Shown one piece after another: positions 1 to 11,315 of a stretch of 64,000 nucleotides of DNA. Numbering within the stretch: position 1 is the first letter of the stretch; every line of letters starts with the position of its first letter. The notes beneath the pieces were generated by a model. The model was not told the origin of the DNA and did no database searches. It saw only the letters and a list, made by a program, of their open reading frames with translations. Source of the DNA: Flavobacterium sp. (GTDB lineage Bacteria > Bacteroidota > Bacteroidia > Flavobacteriales > Flavobacteriaceae); contig JBLIJW010000002.1 in assembly GCA_047636155.1 (NCBI GenBank), positions 603 through 64,602 on the forward strand, read 5' to 3'. Made by a program: the position numbers and the translations under genes.

Positions 1-125
<125 letters not shown>

Positions 126-142
126 TTAATAGTAAAATAATT

Positions 143-178
143 AAAAAAAAATGTGGAATAAAATCCACATTTTTTTTT
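143..178. terminator. Intrinsic terminator after glmS
   Basis: A8-ATGTGGA-ataaaa-TCCACAT-T8 hairpin. Confidence 0.8.
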
Positions 179-394
179 GCGATAAATTTAAAATACTATA
201 TCGATTTAGTAGTTACGCATAGTATTTTATGTTAAAATTATCAAAACGTTAAATAATATTTAACAAAACACGAAAACCAATGAAATTGCTAATTTCAATA
301 AAAATTAAGAATAGTGAAAAATAAATCTGCTTTTTTTATATATAACAAATTTATTTGTAATTTCGACACGTAAACCAACAAAAATCATAACCTA

Positions 395-3244
395 ATGAAA
401 ATTTATTATTTTATTTTGACATTGTTTTTTTGCAGCATAAGTTTTGCGCAAACAACAATTTCAGGTTCGGTAAAAGACCCAAATAACGAACCAATTCCAG
501 GAGCAAACATCACCGTAAAAGGAGATAATGCAGGCACAATTTCGGATGCCGACGGAAAATTTACTCTATCCACAACTAAAAAGCTTCCTTTTAGCATCGA
601 AATTTCAAGTGTTGGTTATGGAGTAAAGACTGTAGAAATTAATTCTGCATCACAAAAAGTTCAAACAATTCTTGAAGAAGAGAAAACTGCATTGGATGAA
701 ATTGTAGTTTCTGCATCCAGAACACCAGAAACTATTAGAGAATCTCCGGTAACGATTGAAAGAATGACAGTTAAGGATATTAAAAAAACTGCTTCTCCAA
801 CATTTTATGACGCTCTTGAAAATCTTAAGGAAGTTCAAATGAATACCAGTAGTATGGCTTTCAAATCTATTAATACTCGTGGATTTGCATCTGTTGCTAA
901 CACTAGATTTTTACAATTAGTAGATGGTATGGATAACTCTTCACCTCTTTTAAATTTTGTTTTAGGAAATCTTTTAGGAACTTCTGAAATTGATGTTCAA
1001 AGTGTTGAATTACTTCCTGGTGCATCATCTGCATTATATGGAGCAAATGCATTTAATGGTATTTTATTTATTAATAGTCAAAATCCATTCGAAAAAGAAG
1101 GCGTTACAGCTTATGCTAAATACGGTCAAACTTCACAAAAAGCGGCAGGAAATAATCTTTATTACGATTATGGAGTTCGTGTAGCGAAAAAATTTAGCGA
1201 AACTTTCGCAGCCAAAGCAAACTTTACTTTCTTAAAAGGTACAGATTGGTTCGCAACTGATTATAATGATTTAACTGTAGAAGGCAGAACAAGAGCACAT
1301 CAAAACTATAATGGTATTAACGTTTATGGAGATGAGGTGTCAACAAATATTAAATCTGTAGCAGGCGGATTACTTGCCGCTGGCGCGATTACACCAGGTC
1401 AATTTGCCGTTTTCAATGCAAACCTTCCTAATGAAAATGTTTCTAGAACAGGATATAATGAAGTAGACCTTACAGATAACCAAGTTAAAAATGCAAAAAT
1501 AGATTTCTCTTTGCACTTCAAGCCTTGGAAAAATGACATAGAAATTATTTTACAAAGTAAATTCGGTTTTGGAAACACTGTATATCAAGGAGCAAACAGA
1601 TATTATCTTAACGGATTTTTCATGCAACAGCACAAAGCTGAAATAAGAGGTAAAAACTTTTTCGTTAGAAGTTATTTCACCACAGAAAATGGTGGAAGTT
1701 CCTATGACATGACGTTTACCGCTATCAACGTAAACAGACAATGGAAAGCAGATAACGTTTGGTTCGGACAATATGCTGGACAATATGTTACATCAACGCT
1801 TGGTGGAGCAACTCCGACCCAAGCCCATGCGGCAGCAAGAGCAGTTGCAGATACAGGTAGATTTGAGCCTGGAAGCGCACAATTTCGAAATGCTTTTAAT
1901 ACTGTTATTGCAAATCCAGATGTTTTAAAAGGTTCTAAATTAGTAGACGAATCTAAAATTTACCATTCAGATGCTAATTATAACTTTAGAGATATTATTA
2001 AATTCGCAGAAATTCAGGTTGGTGGTTCCTACAGAAGATATGATCTAAACTCTTTCGGAAGAATTTATACAGACACGCCGAAATTCGGAGGAATTAAATA
2101 CGATGAATATGGAGCTTACACTCAAGTTCAAAAGAAATTGTTAGAAGATAAATTAAAATTTACTGGTTCTGTACGTTATGATAAAAGTCAGAATTTTGAT
2201 GGTAATTTCTCACCAAGAGTATCTTTAGTTTATTCTGCAGGAGAACGTAAAAATCATAATTTCAGAGCTTCTTTCCAAACAGGTTTTAGAAATCCAACTA
2301 CACAAGATCAATATATAGGATTCAATGTTGGAAATGCTGTATTAATTGGTTCTGCACCAGATAACCTTCTTCGTTACACAGAAACTTTACCAGTTGCAAC
2401 CGCAACAGGTCAAGCATTTGCTGGCGGACCAACAGCCGTGTTAACAGGAGAAAACGCATATTTTAATTCCTTTACAGCTTCTTCAGTTCGTGCATTTGCA
2501 AATCTAGCAGCAACCAACCCAACCGCAGCTGTAGCTTTGTTGAGAAAAACTAATGTTAATTTAGTAAAGCCAGAAACTGTAAAAGCATTTGATTTAGGTT
2601 ATAGAGGATTATTTAAAGATTTCTCTTATGATTTGAACGGTTATTACAATATTTACAATGACTTTATTGGTAATTTAACTGTTGTAGCACCTTATTATGG
2701 TACTGCTTCTGATTCTCCTGATTTAACAGCAGGTCCAACAAGTACAGACGTTCAAGCGGTAAATGCATTACAAACTGGAAACACAAGAAACTACCAATTG
2801 TATACAAACACTAACGTGGAAATTAAATCTTTAGGATTTGGAGCTGGATTCACTAAAAAATTCTTAGATAAATTTGAGTTTTCTGCAAACTATAACTATG
2901 CTCAATTTGATTTTGATCAAAGTTTAGACCCAAGTTTTGAAGCCGGATTTAACACTCCTAAACACAGAGCAAAAGGATCTATAAGCAGCGATAATTTATT
3001 CAAAAATTTTGGTGCAAATGCAAGTGTTCGTTGGAGTGACGAATATTTATGGCAATCTACCTTTGCTGATGGAAGAATTAAAGCAGCAACAGTATTAGAT
3101 TTACAATTAAGTTATGGTATTGCTAAAATTAAATCTACATTCAAAGCTGGAGCAACCAACTTGTTTGGAAGAGAATACCAACAAGTACTTGGAGCTGGAG
3201 CAATTGGCCAACAATATTTTTTCTCCTGGACAATAAATCCTTAA
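395..3244 (+). CDS. TonB-dependent outer-membrane transporter with N-terminal carboxypeptidase-regulatory-like domain
   Basis: 949 aa. Signal peptide ending SFA|Q, N-terminal ISGSVKD..IPGANITVKG domain, plug motifs (LDEIVVSASR; VELLPGASSALYGANAFNG), aromatic C-terminal strand (YFFSWTINP). Confidence 0.93.
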   Translation: MKIYYFILTLFFCSISFAQTTISGSVKDPNNEPIPGANITVKGDNAGTISDADGKFTLSTTKKLPFSIEISSVGYGVKTVEINSASQKVQTILEEEKTALDEIVVSASRTPETIRESPVTIERMTVKDIKKTASPTFYDALENLKEVQMNTSSMAFKSINTRGFASVANTRFLQLVDGMDNSSPLLNFVLGNLLGTSEIDVQSVELLPGASSALYGANAFNGILFINSQNPFEKEGVTAYAKYGQTSQKAAGNNLYYDYGVRVAKKFSETFAAKANFTFLKGTDWFATDYNDLTVEGRTRAHQNYNGINVYGDEVSTNIKSVAGGLLAAGAITPGQFAVFNANLPNENVSRTGYNEVDLTDNQVKNAKIDFSLHFKPWKNDIEIILQSKFGFGNTVYQGANRYYLNGFFMQQHKAEIRGKNFFVRSYFTTENGGSSYDMTFTAINVNRQWKADNVWFGQYAGQYVTSTLGGATPTQAHAAARAVADTGRFEPGSAQFRNAFNTVIANPDVLKGSKLVDESKIYHSDANYNFRDIIKFAEIQVGGSYRRYDLNSFGRIYTDTPKFGGIKYDEYGAYTQVQKKLLEDKLKFTGSVRYDKSQNFDGNFSPRVSLVYSAGERKNHNFRASFQTGFRNPTTQDQYIGFNVGNAVLIGSAPDNLLRYTETLPVATATGQAFAGGPTAVLTGENAYFNSFTASSVRAFANLAATNPTAAVALLRKTNVNLVKPETVKAFDLGYRGLFKDFSYDLNGYYNIYNDFIGNLTVVAPYYGTASDSPDLTAGPTSTDVQAVNALQTGNTRNYQLYTNTNVEIKSLGFGAGFTKKFLDKFEFSANYNYAQFDFDQSLDPSFEAGFNTPKHRAKGSISSDNLFKNFGANASVRWSDEYLWQSTFADGRIKAATVLDLQLSYGIAKIKSTFKAGATNLFGREYQQVLGAGAIGQQYFFSWTINP

Positions 3245-3267
3245 TATAATTTTGTAAACATAAAATC

Positions 3268-4833
3268 ATGATAAAAAACTTAAAATGGTTACTTTTAGTT
3301 TCACTAACTTTTGTAGCTTGTAATGAACAAGAAGATGCGGTGGTGATTAACGATTCGGCAGATGGTTTACCGCTAACAGCGGGTAGCGCAGATTTTAGTA
3401 AATTTGTATCTGTTGGTAATTCCTTAACTTCTGGCTTTTCAGACAACGCATTATTTTTAGAAGGGCAAATAAATTCTTTTCCAAACTTGATGGCGCAAAA
3501 GTTTTCTGCAGTCGGCAGCAGTGGATTTAGCACTCCTTTTATGGCTGACAATAAAGGAGGTTTTAACAGCAACGGAATACAAGTTCCAGGATTTGCAACT
3601 CGTTTATTTTTTAATGGTACAGCACCACAAAATGTACCGGGAATTTCTGGTACGTCTATCGCAGATAAACTAACAGGACAATTTAATAACATGGGAGTTC
3701 CTGGTGCAAAAAGTTTTCACCTTCTTTCTACTAGCTATGGCAATCCACTAGGTTTGGTAAATGGTACTGCAAATCCATATTTTGTTAGATTTGCATCTAC
3801 CACTTCCGCTTCTATTTTGATGGATGCGGTAGCGCAAAACCCTACGTTCTTTTCTTTATGGATAGGAAACAATGATGTGTTAAGTTACGCTACAACTGGC
3901 GGAATCGGTGTGAACCAAGTAAATAACCCAAATGTTACAACTTATGGTGGTAATGATATTACTAGTCCAGCTGCATTCGCTACTATTTACAACAATATCG
4001 TGAACGGATTAACTGCAAACGGAGCCAAAGGTGTTGTTGCAAATATACCAAACGTAACTTCGGTTCCGTTTTTCACAACCATACCTACCAATCCTATTCC
4101 TGCATTACCAGCAGCAAGTGCGGGACAATTAAATCAATTGTTTGGTGCAATAAACCAAATAACAACAGCACTTGGTCAACCAAATCGTTTTAACGTTTTA
4201 ACATCTAATGATAACAACCCTGCAACGACAGAAGCACCAAATGCACTACTAATTTTGGACGAATCTTTACCAACTTTGCAAGTACAGATTACTGCTGTTT
4301 TAACTCCAGCAGTCGGTTCGCAAACTGCAGCATTTTTAGGTAGTATTTATGGTAGAGCAAGACATGCAAAAAGCACAGCTGGTAACAGAGATTATATTTT
4401 GTTAACTTCTAGCGGATTAATTGGAGCAAATCAAGCTGGCGCGACTGCTCCATTTAATGTTTTGGGAGTTTCTTATCCAATGCAAGATGGTTCTGTTTTA
4501 ACTGCCGCAGAAACAGCAGAAGTTAAAACCGCAACAGACGCTTTTAATGCAACCATTCAATCTGTTGCTAGTGCAAAAGGTCTTGCACTGGTAGATGCCA
4601 ATACTTTATTAAATCAAGTAGCTAATGGCGGAATTAATACTGGTACATTTACAGTAAGTTCTACATTTGTAACAGGAGGAGGATTTTCTTTAGATGGAGT
4701 TCATCCAAGTCAAAGAGGTTATGCCTTAATTGCAGGAGAATTTATTAAAGCTATTAATATTACTTATGGTTCTAATTTTAGCAATGTAAATTTAAATAAT
4801 ACGCGTATTTTATATCCGTTAAATTTACCTTAA
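3268..4833 (+). CDS. SGNH/GDSL-family lipolytic lipoprotein
   Basis: Lipobox FVA|C followed by acidic NEQED. SGNH blocks GNSLTSG, NMGVPGAKS, WIGNNDVL and DGVHPS are all intact. Confidence 0.9.
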   Translation: MIKNLKWLLLVSLTFVACNEQEDAVVINDSADGLPLTAGSADFSKFVSVGNSLTSGFSDNALFLEGQINSFPNLMAQKFSAVGSSGFSTPFMADNKGGFNSNGIQVPGFATRLFFNGTAPQNVPGISGTSIADKLTGQFNNMGVPGAKSFHLLSTSYGNPLGLVNGTANPYFVRFASTTSASILMDAVAQNPTFFSLWIGNNDVLSYATTGGIGVNQVNNPNVTTYGGNDITSPAAFATIYNNIVNGLTANGAKGVVANIPNVTSVPFFTTIPTNPIPALPAASAGQLNQLFGAINQITTALGQPNRFNVLTSNDNNPATTEAPNALLILDESLPTLQVQITAVLTPAVGSQTAAFLGSIYGRARHAKSTAGNRDYILLTSSGLIGANQAGATAPFNVLGVSYPMQDGSVLTAAETAEVKTATDAFNATIQSVASAKGLALVDANTLLNQVANGGINTGTFTVSSTFVTGGGFSLDGVHPSQRGYALIAGEFIKAINITYGSNFSNVNLNNTRILYPLNLP

Positions 4834-4850
4834 TTGCGATTAAAATAATA

Positions 4851-4881
4851 AAAAGCCACCGTTTAAAGCGGTGGCTTTTTT
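4851..4881 (+). terminator. Intrinsic terminator
   Basis: AAAAGCCACCG-tttaaag-CGGTGGCTTTTT. Confidence 0.9.
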
Positions 4882-4976
4882 ATTGCAATATTTTACGAAA
4901 ACTACAAATAATGGTCGTTCTCTAAAAAACCTTTAAAAAAATACAAAATTTTTATGGATAATATATTTATAAAAAT

Positions 4977-4984
4977 TATCTTTG
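4977..4984 (+). promoter_or_regulatory. Bacteroidetes -7 promoter element for atpD
   Basis: TATCTTTG matches TAnnTTTG, about 60 nt upstream of the ATG. Confidence 0.6.
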
Positions 4985-5042
4985 CACTCTGAAAAAACGG
5001 GTAGTTTTTTAATTTCTAAAACGCTATTTAATAAATACATAA

Positions 5043-6557
<1,515 letters not shown>

Positions 6558-6561
6558 AAAT

Positions 6562-6622
6562 AGTACTCAGCGATCCGTGTTCAGTAATCAGACTGAACGC
6601 TGAAAACTGAAACCTGAACACT
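6562..6622. repeat. Degenerate heptamer repeat / hairpin between atpD and atpC
   Basis: ACTGAAC GCTGAAA ACTGAAA CCTGAAC ACT, preceded by GTGTTCAG, which can pair with CTGAACAC. Confidence 0.6.
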
Positions 6623-6630
6623 AAACAATT

Positions 6631-6912
6631 ATGATTTTAGAAATAGTATCACCAGAAGCAAGCTTATTTTTCGGAGAAATTACCTCGGTAACTCTTCCAG
6701 GTGTTGACGGTTCATTTCAAATATTAAATAACCACGCACCAATAGTTTCCATATTAAAAGAAGGCGAAATTAAAATTAACGCCGCTACTTTTAATTTAAA
6801 TAAAGAAGCAGAAGTACTTTTTGTTCGTGTTAACGATCAAAACTACAACCTTCCAATTCAATCCGGAACAATTGAAATGAAAAACAATAAAGTAATTGTA
6901 TTGGTAGATTAA
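6631..6912 (+). CDS. atpC: F1F0 ATP synthase subunit epsilon (short Bacteroidetes type)
   Basis: LEIVSPE..LPGVDGSFQILNNHAPIVS beta-sandwich motif, directly after atpD. Confidence 0.95.
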   Translation: MILEIVSPEASLFFGEITSVTLPGVDGSFQILNNHAPIVSILKEGEIKINAATFNLNKEAEVLFVRVNDQNYNLPIQSGTIEMKNNKVIVLVD

Positions 6913-6931
6913 CTTCTAATACAAACAATAC

Positions 6932-6966
6932 AAAAAGCCAAACGAGAAATCTTGTTTGGCTTTTTT
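6932..6966 (+). terminator. Intrinsic terminator after atpC
   Basis: AAAAAGCCAAACGAG-aaat-CTTGTTTGGCTTTTT. Confidence 0.88.
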
Positions 6967-6974
6967 CATTTTAA

Positions 6975-7113
6975 GCAATTCCAGCTATACGTTACAAGCT
7001 TTTATTTGTAAAACCTATTTTGTTGGTTTTTTAAAAAGCTTCTTGCAGTCGCTTTTCACAAAACACAAAATTACGGTCAACAAAAAAAAGGCTTTCCGCT
7101 ACTATCTGGGCTA
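6975..7113. repeat. Structured intergenic repeat, copy A (Flavo-1-like from recall, unverified)
   Basis: Ends GCAATTCCAGCTATACGTTACAAGCTTTT and AAAAGGCTTTCCGCTACTATCTGGGCTA are shared with the copies at 13984 and 39098. Confidence 0.6.
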
Positions 7114-7130
7114 AAACAGTTCCAATGAAA

Positions 7131-7334
7131 CTATTTTTTGTATTCCAAAATATCACCCGGTTGGCAATCTAAAACTTTACAAATCGCCTCCAAAGTTGAA
7201 AACCTCACAGCTTTTGCCTTACCCGTTTTTAAAATTGATAAATTGGCCGTAGTAATTCCTATTTTTTCGGCTAGTTCATTCGAACGCATCTTGCGTTTTG
7301 CCAGCATCACATCCAAATTTAAAATAATTGGCAT
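7131..7334 (-). CDS. Cro/C1-type (XRE) helix-turn-helix regulator, YozG-like
   Basis: 67 aa; LAEKIGITTANLSILKTGKAKAVRFSTLEAICKVLDCQPGDIL. Confidence 0.93.
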   Translation of the reverse strand: MPIILNLDVMLAKRKMRSNELAEKIGITTANLSILKTGKAKAVRFSTLEAICKVLDCQPGDILEYKK

Positions 7335-7338
7335 TGGT

Positions 7339-7851
7339 TTATATTGTTAATTCACTTTCTTCCTTCATATTCTTGGCAATTTTAAAAATCTCGCTAATTA
7401 CCATAAAAAACAACCCCAAACTAACGGCTATTAAAAAAGAATCGTATCCGCCAAAATCTATGGAAACTCCAGCAGTTCCTTTTTCAAATGCCTTATAAAA
7501 AAAAATAGAGGAACTGCTAATTACCGCAGATGCAACAATGCAATTTCCAATTTTACTAAAACAATCAATTACAATAGTTGTGAATATTTCTCTTTTTTGA
7601 AAAAGAATAACCACTTTTCTAAGCAAATAAATGCTGTACAAAAATAAGAAACCACTTATCAAATTGGCAAGAACTGTAATTTTAGAGATAATCGAGTGCG
7701 TATTAATTGCTTGTCCTTTAATCACAATCGGTATATCAAAATCTCCTTTAAAAAAATACATAACCACAAAAGCAACAATTGCAACAATACTTATAATAGA
7801 GAAGAACCAAAATAAATCTAAAATGGCCTTTAAAAAGTTTAGCTTTTTCAT
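7339..7851 (-). CDS. DUF2975-family membrane protein
   Basis: Four hydrophobic segments and C-terminal VISEIFKIAKNMKEESELTI, directly upstream of the HTH gene. Likely start is MKKLNF at 7851 rather than 7923. Confidence 0.88.
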   Translation of the reverse strand: MKKLNFLKAILDLFWFFSIISIVAIVAFVVMYFFKGDFDIPIVIKGQAINTHSIISKITVLANLISGFLFLYSIYLLRKVVILFQKREIFTTIVIDCFSKIGNCIVASAVISSSSIFFYKAFEKGTAGVSIDFGGYDSFLIAVSLGLFFMVISEIFKIAKNMKEESELTI

Positions 7852-7959
7852 AAAAAATAGGTTCGTTAAGATTACAAATATACTAAAATTATTGATAAAC
7901 AATAATTTTTTATCTAAAAACAATTATAAATTAGTTGATTTTATTAAAATTTGTTTTTC

Positions 7960-7967
7960 TACATTTG
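7960..7967 (+). promoter_or_regulatory. -7 promoter element for the bio operon
   Basis: TACATTTG (TAnnTTTG) just upstream of the ATG at 7975. Confidence 0.55.
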
Positions 7968-7974
7968 TACTGCA

Positions 7975-9126
7975 ATGAGACAATTTCCAAAAAATTTAGA
8001 ATACAAACTTACCGAACGTTCGCAAAATAATTCGTTAAGGCAACTTTCTTATGAAAATAATCTAATAGATTTTTCTTCAAACGACTATTTAGGCTATGCG
8101 AAATCGGAAGAACTATTTGATGCAACGCACCGGTTTTTATCTCAAAATAAATACAAAACCAATGGCGCAACCGGTTCGAGATTGCTTTCAGGAAACCATG
8201 CTTTATATGAAATCACAGAAAAATATATTGCCAATTTTCACCAGCAGGAAACAGCGCTAATTTTTAATTCGGGTTACGATGCCAACATCGGATTTTTTGG
8301 TTCGGTACCGCAACGCAACGATATAATTTTATATGATGAATTATGCCATGCTTCTATTCGTGACGGTATAAAAATGAGTAACGCCAAAGCCTATAAATTC
8401 AACCATAATGATTTTGAACATCTTGAATTTAAAATTAAAAATTTAGTTTCAGAAAACACAAACAGTCAAATATATGTTGTTACTGAATCTGTTTTTTCTA
8501 TGGATGGCGACACACCAAACCTAGAGCAAATTGCAAAAATATCCAACAAATACGATTGCAATTTAGTAGTAGACGAAGCACATTCTGTTGGCGTTTTTGG
8601 AGATTCTGGTCAAGGATTAATTCATTTACAAAATCTGCAAGACAGTATCTTTGCACAAATTGTCACTTTCGGAAAAGGTTTAGGTTGCCATGGTGCGGCA
8701 ATTTTAGGAAACAGAAAATTACAAAACTATTTAATAAATTTCGCGAGAAGTTTTATTTACACAACCGGACTTTCTCCGCATTCTGTGGCTTCTATTTTAC
8801 TAGCATATCAAAAACTAAATTCTAATAAAAACAATCTGGCGCAACTAAAAGCCAACATTCAAACATTCAATCAAACTAAAATGCAATTAGGTTTAAAACC
8901 ACTATTTGTTTATTCTAAATCTGCGATTCAATGCGCGATAATTCCAGGTAACGAAAATATAAAAGCCATTGCTAATAAACTGCAAGAAAAAGGATTTGAT
9001 GTAAAACCCATTTTATCTCCAACGGTTCCAAAAGGCCAAGAAAGATTGCGTTTTTGTTTGCATAGTTATAATAATGAAAAAGAAATTTTAGAAGTTTTGA
9101 GCTTATTAAGTAACTTTGTTTTTTAA
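7975..9126 (+). CDS. bioF: 8-amino-7-oxononanoate synthase
   Basis: FSSNDYLG, GSRLLSGNH, DELCHASIRDG, ESVFSMDGD, DEAHS and TFGK (PLP lysine); adjacent to bioD. Confidence 0.93.
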   Translation: MRQFPKNLEYKLTERSQNNSLRQLSYENNLIDFSSNDYLGYAKSEELFDATHRFLSQNKYKTNGATGSRLLSGNHALYEITEKYIANFHQQETALIFNSGYDANIGFFGSVPQRNDIILYDELCHASIRDGIKMSNAKAYKFNHNDFEHLEFKIKNLVSENTNSQIYVVTESVFSMDGDTPNLEQIAKISNKYDCNLVVDEAHSVGVFGDSGQGLIHLQNLQDSIFAQIVTFGKGLGCHGAAILGNRKLQNYLINFARSFIYTTGLSPHSVASILLAYQKLNSNKNNLAQLKANIQTFNQTKMQLGLKPLFVYSKSAIQCAIIPGNENIKAIANKLQEKGFDVKPILSPTVPKGQERLRFCLHSYNNEKEILEVLSLLSNFVF

Positions 9127-9221
9127 TGGATAAAACGAAATTTACGAAAACTATTTCCGAAGATTTTAAAAAACAAAGAGAACTTCAGCGAAATAAAAAA
9201 CATCTAAGCGATACAACAACT

Positions 9222-9839
9222 ATGAAACTATTTATAACAGGAATCGGAACCGACGTTGGCAAAACAGTTGCCTCAGCAATAATAACACAAGCTTTAGAAG
9301 CAGATTATTGGAAACCTATTCAGGCTGGCGATTTAGACAATTCCGATAGTCACAAGATTACTGCCAAAATATCTAATAAAAAATCTAAAATTCATGCTAA
9401 TGCTTATACTTTAAATACTCCTGCTAGTCCACATTATGCAGCAGAATTAGACGGAGTTCGTATTGATTTAAACAAAATCATCGAACCAATAACTAAAAAC
9501 CATTTAGTTATTGAAGGCGCAGGCGGCGTTTTGGTTCCAATAAACACAACCGATTGTATAATAGATATGATTCAGCCAGATTATATAGTAATCGTAGTTT
9601 CTCGTCATTATTTAGGAAGTATCAACCATACACTTCTAACCTTCGAAGCATTAAAAAGTAGAAACATTACAATAGCAGGAATTCTGTTTTCTGGCGACGA
9701 AAATAAAGCAACCGAAGACATTATCTTATCTAAAACAAATGCAAAATTTATTGGAAGAATTGAGGAGGAACCTTATTTTGACGAAAATGTTATTCAATAT
9801 TATGCCGACAAATTCAGGGAAAAACTTGAAAAGTTGTAA
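9222..9839 (+). CDS. bioD: Dethiobiotin synthase
   Basis: LFITGIGTDVGKT P-loop, YWKPIQAG, IEGAGG, LGSINHT. The ORF is open from 9126 but homology begins at 9222. Confidence 0.96.
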   Translation: MKLFITGIGTDVGKTVASAIITQALEADYWKPIQAGDLDNSDSHKITAKISNKKSKIHANAYTLNTPASPHYAAELDGVRIDLNKIIEPITKNHLVIEGAGGVLVPINTTDCIIDMIQPDYIVIVVSRHYLGSINHTLLTFEALKSRNITIAGILFSGDENKATEDIILSKTNAKFIGRIEEEPYFDENVIQYYADKFREKLEKL

Positions 9840-9842
9840 AAC

Positions 9843-9872
9843 AAAAAATGCCTTCAATATGAAGGCATTTTT
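9843..9872. terminator. Bidirectional terminator between bioD and the convergent hypothetical gene
   Basis: AAAAAATGCCTTCA-ata-TGAAGGCATTTTT. Confidence 0.85.
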
Positions 9873-9890
9873 GTTGTGTATAGTTTAGAA

Positions 9891-11309
9891 TTACTTTAAC
9901 GGAAACGTCACTAACGACATTTGTCCGTCATTGTAAATTCTTGTGACTAAAAAATTATTGGTATCGTTAAAATAATAAATCAATTGATTTACGTTTTTGT
10001 ATCCGTACCGACTATTTTCAGTATAATCAGAATTGATAGTTGTTTTTTCAAACTTGTTATTTGGGTCCAATTTGTAAAAACCATAATAATAATTATTTCC
10101 TTTTACATACAATCCCTTGTGAACGAGATAATTCCCTTTGATATTCAAAACACCATAGGATTGAAATAAATCCGGTTCTGAATCAGGATTGTTTTCTAAT
10201 TTAAGGTTTTGATTCAAATCACCTTCAAAAGAAAACACCAACAAATTGGCAGGACCAAAGTTGTATTTTGGATCTTGAAAAGTAGAATTCGGGAAAGTAG
10301 TGCTTGGTTTTGTTCCCGATTGGTAACTTCCTTCCACAAAAACTCTGATTTCATTGTTTTCCATGTAAACATTTCTAAAGAACACGTCTTTAATTTTTGC
10401 GGTTCTATTAAAATCGTCAATAGTATTGTTTTTCAACACTTTTCCTTGTGTTAAGTCGTACATCATAATATTTCCAAAATCGCCACCACGAACTCCTTTT
10501 CTTTTGTAATTGAAACACATCAAATAATCTTGTGTGCCAATAGAAAAAGCAAATGGTTTTTGAATACGTGTGTCTTCTTCAAAAGTTTTGTTTTCCTGTT
10601 TGTCTTGCGAAATCACAGTTAAATACGGCGTATCTTTGTAGCTTCTTGGATCTCTAACAAAAAGTATAGTGCCATTATTAGTAGCAATTTTATCCCAAGT
10701 GTAAAATTCATCTGCGAAGGTTACGGTTTTTTTCCATACTTGATTTAAAGCGCCATCCAGCATGAATATATCGCTTTCTTCTGGTTCTTTTTTGGAATCT
10801 GTTTTTTTATAAGCAATCCCAAAAAACCTACCGTTTTGTGATTTAGAAACACTAAAGGTTCCTGATTTTCCTAAAGAAACAATAGGATACGAAGCAACCG
10901 TTTTAGCATCAAAAGCATTGGTCGTTTTGTCAAAAGTGTATTGAAACAATTCACTCACTTTTCGTTTATTAGAATACGATTCAATGAAAACCACGACTTT
11001 ATTAGAGCTCAATTGAAAACCGCCACGATAGTTATGTAGCGTAAACATATCAATCGCAAAATCTTTAGTGAAGGTATCCACCAATTGATTTTTTTGGTCA
11101 AATTTTCTAATGATAATTTTATGCATCGATTGCATGCCGTCTTTGTTTTGAATGGAAAGCATGTACAGATTGTAATTGTCGCCCAATACAAATTGTGGAT
11201 CAAGTTCTGATTTTTGATCAAAGTCAAATTTTGCACCTACAACCGTATTTTGAGCGAAGGATAAAACGACATTCATCAATACCAAGAAACCAAGTATTTT
11301 ATTTTTCAT
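9891..11309 (-). CDS. Hypothetical secreted protein, beta-rich (possible propeller)
   Basis: 472 aa ORF with signal peptide SFA|Q; no recognisable catalytic motif. Confidence 0.8.
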   Translation of the reverse strand: MKNKILGFLVLMNVVLSFAQNTVVGAKFDFDQKSELDPQFVLGDNYNLYMLSIQNKDGMQSMHKIIIRKFDQKNQLVDTFTKDFAIDMFTLHNYRGGFQLSSNKVVVFIESYSNKRKVSELFQYTFDKTTNAFDAKTVASYPIVSLGKSGTFSVSKSQNGRFFGIAYKKTDSKKEPEESDIFMLDGALNQVWKKTVTFADEFYTWDKIATNNGTILFVRDPRSYKDTPYLTVISQDKQENKTFEEDTRIQKPFAFSIGTQDYLMCFNYKRKGVRGGDFGNIMMYDLTQGKVLKNNTIDDFNRTAKIKDVFFRNVYMENNEIRVFVEGSYQSGTKPSTTFPNSTFQDPKYNFGPANLLVFSFEGDLNQNLKLENNPDSEPDLFQSYGVLNIKGNYLVHKGLYVKGNNYYYGFYKLDPNNKFEKTTINSDYTENSRYGYKNVNQLIYYFNDTNNFLVTRIYNDGQMSLVTFPLK

Positions 11310-11315
11310 TTTGTA

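Noticed and set aside
9126-9221. 32-aa N-terminal extension of BioD with a TAATG overlap to bioF
   Set aside because: No recognisable motif, and homology starts at the ATG at 9222. It is probably just an open spacer, although translational coupling cannot be excluded.
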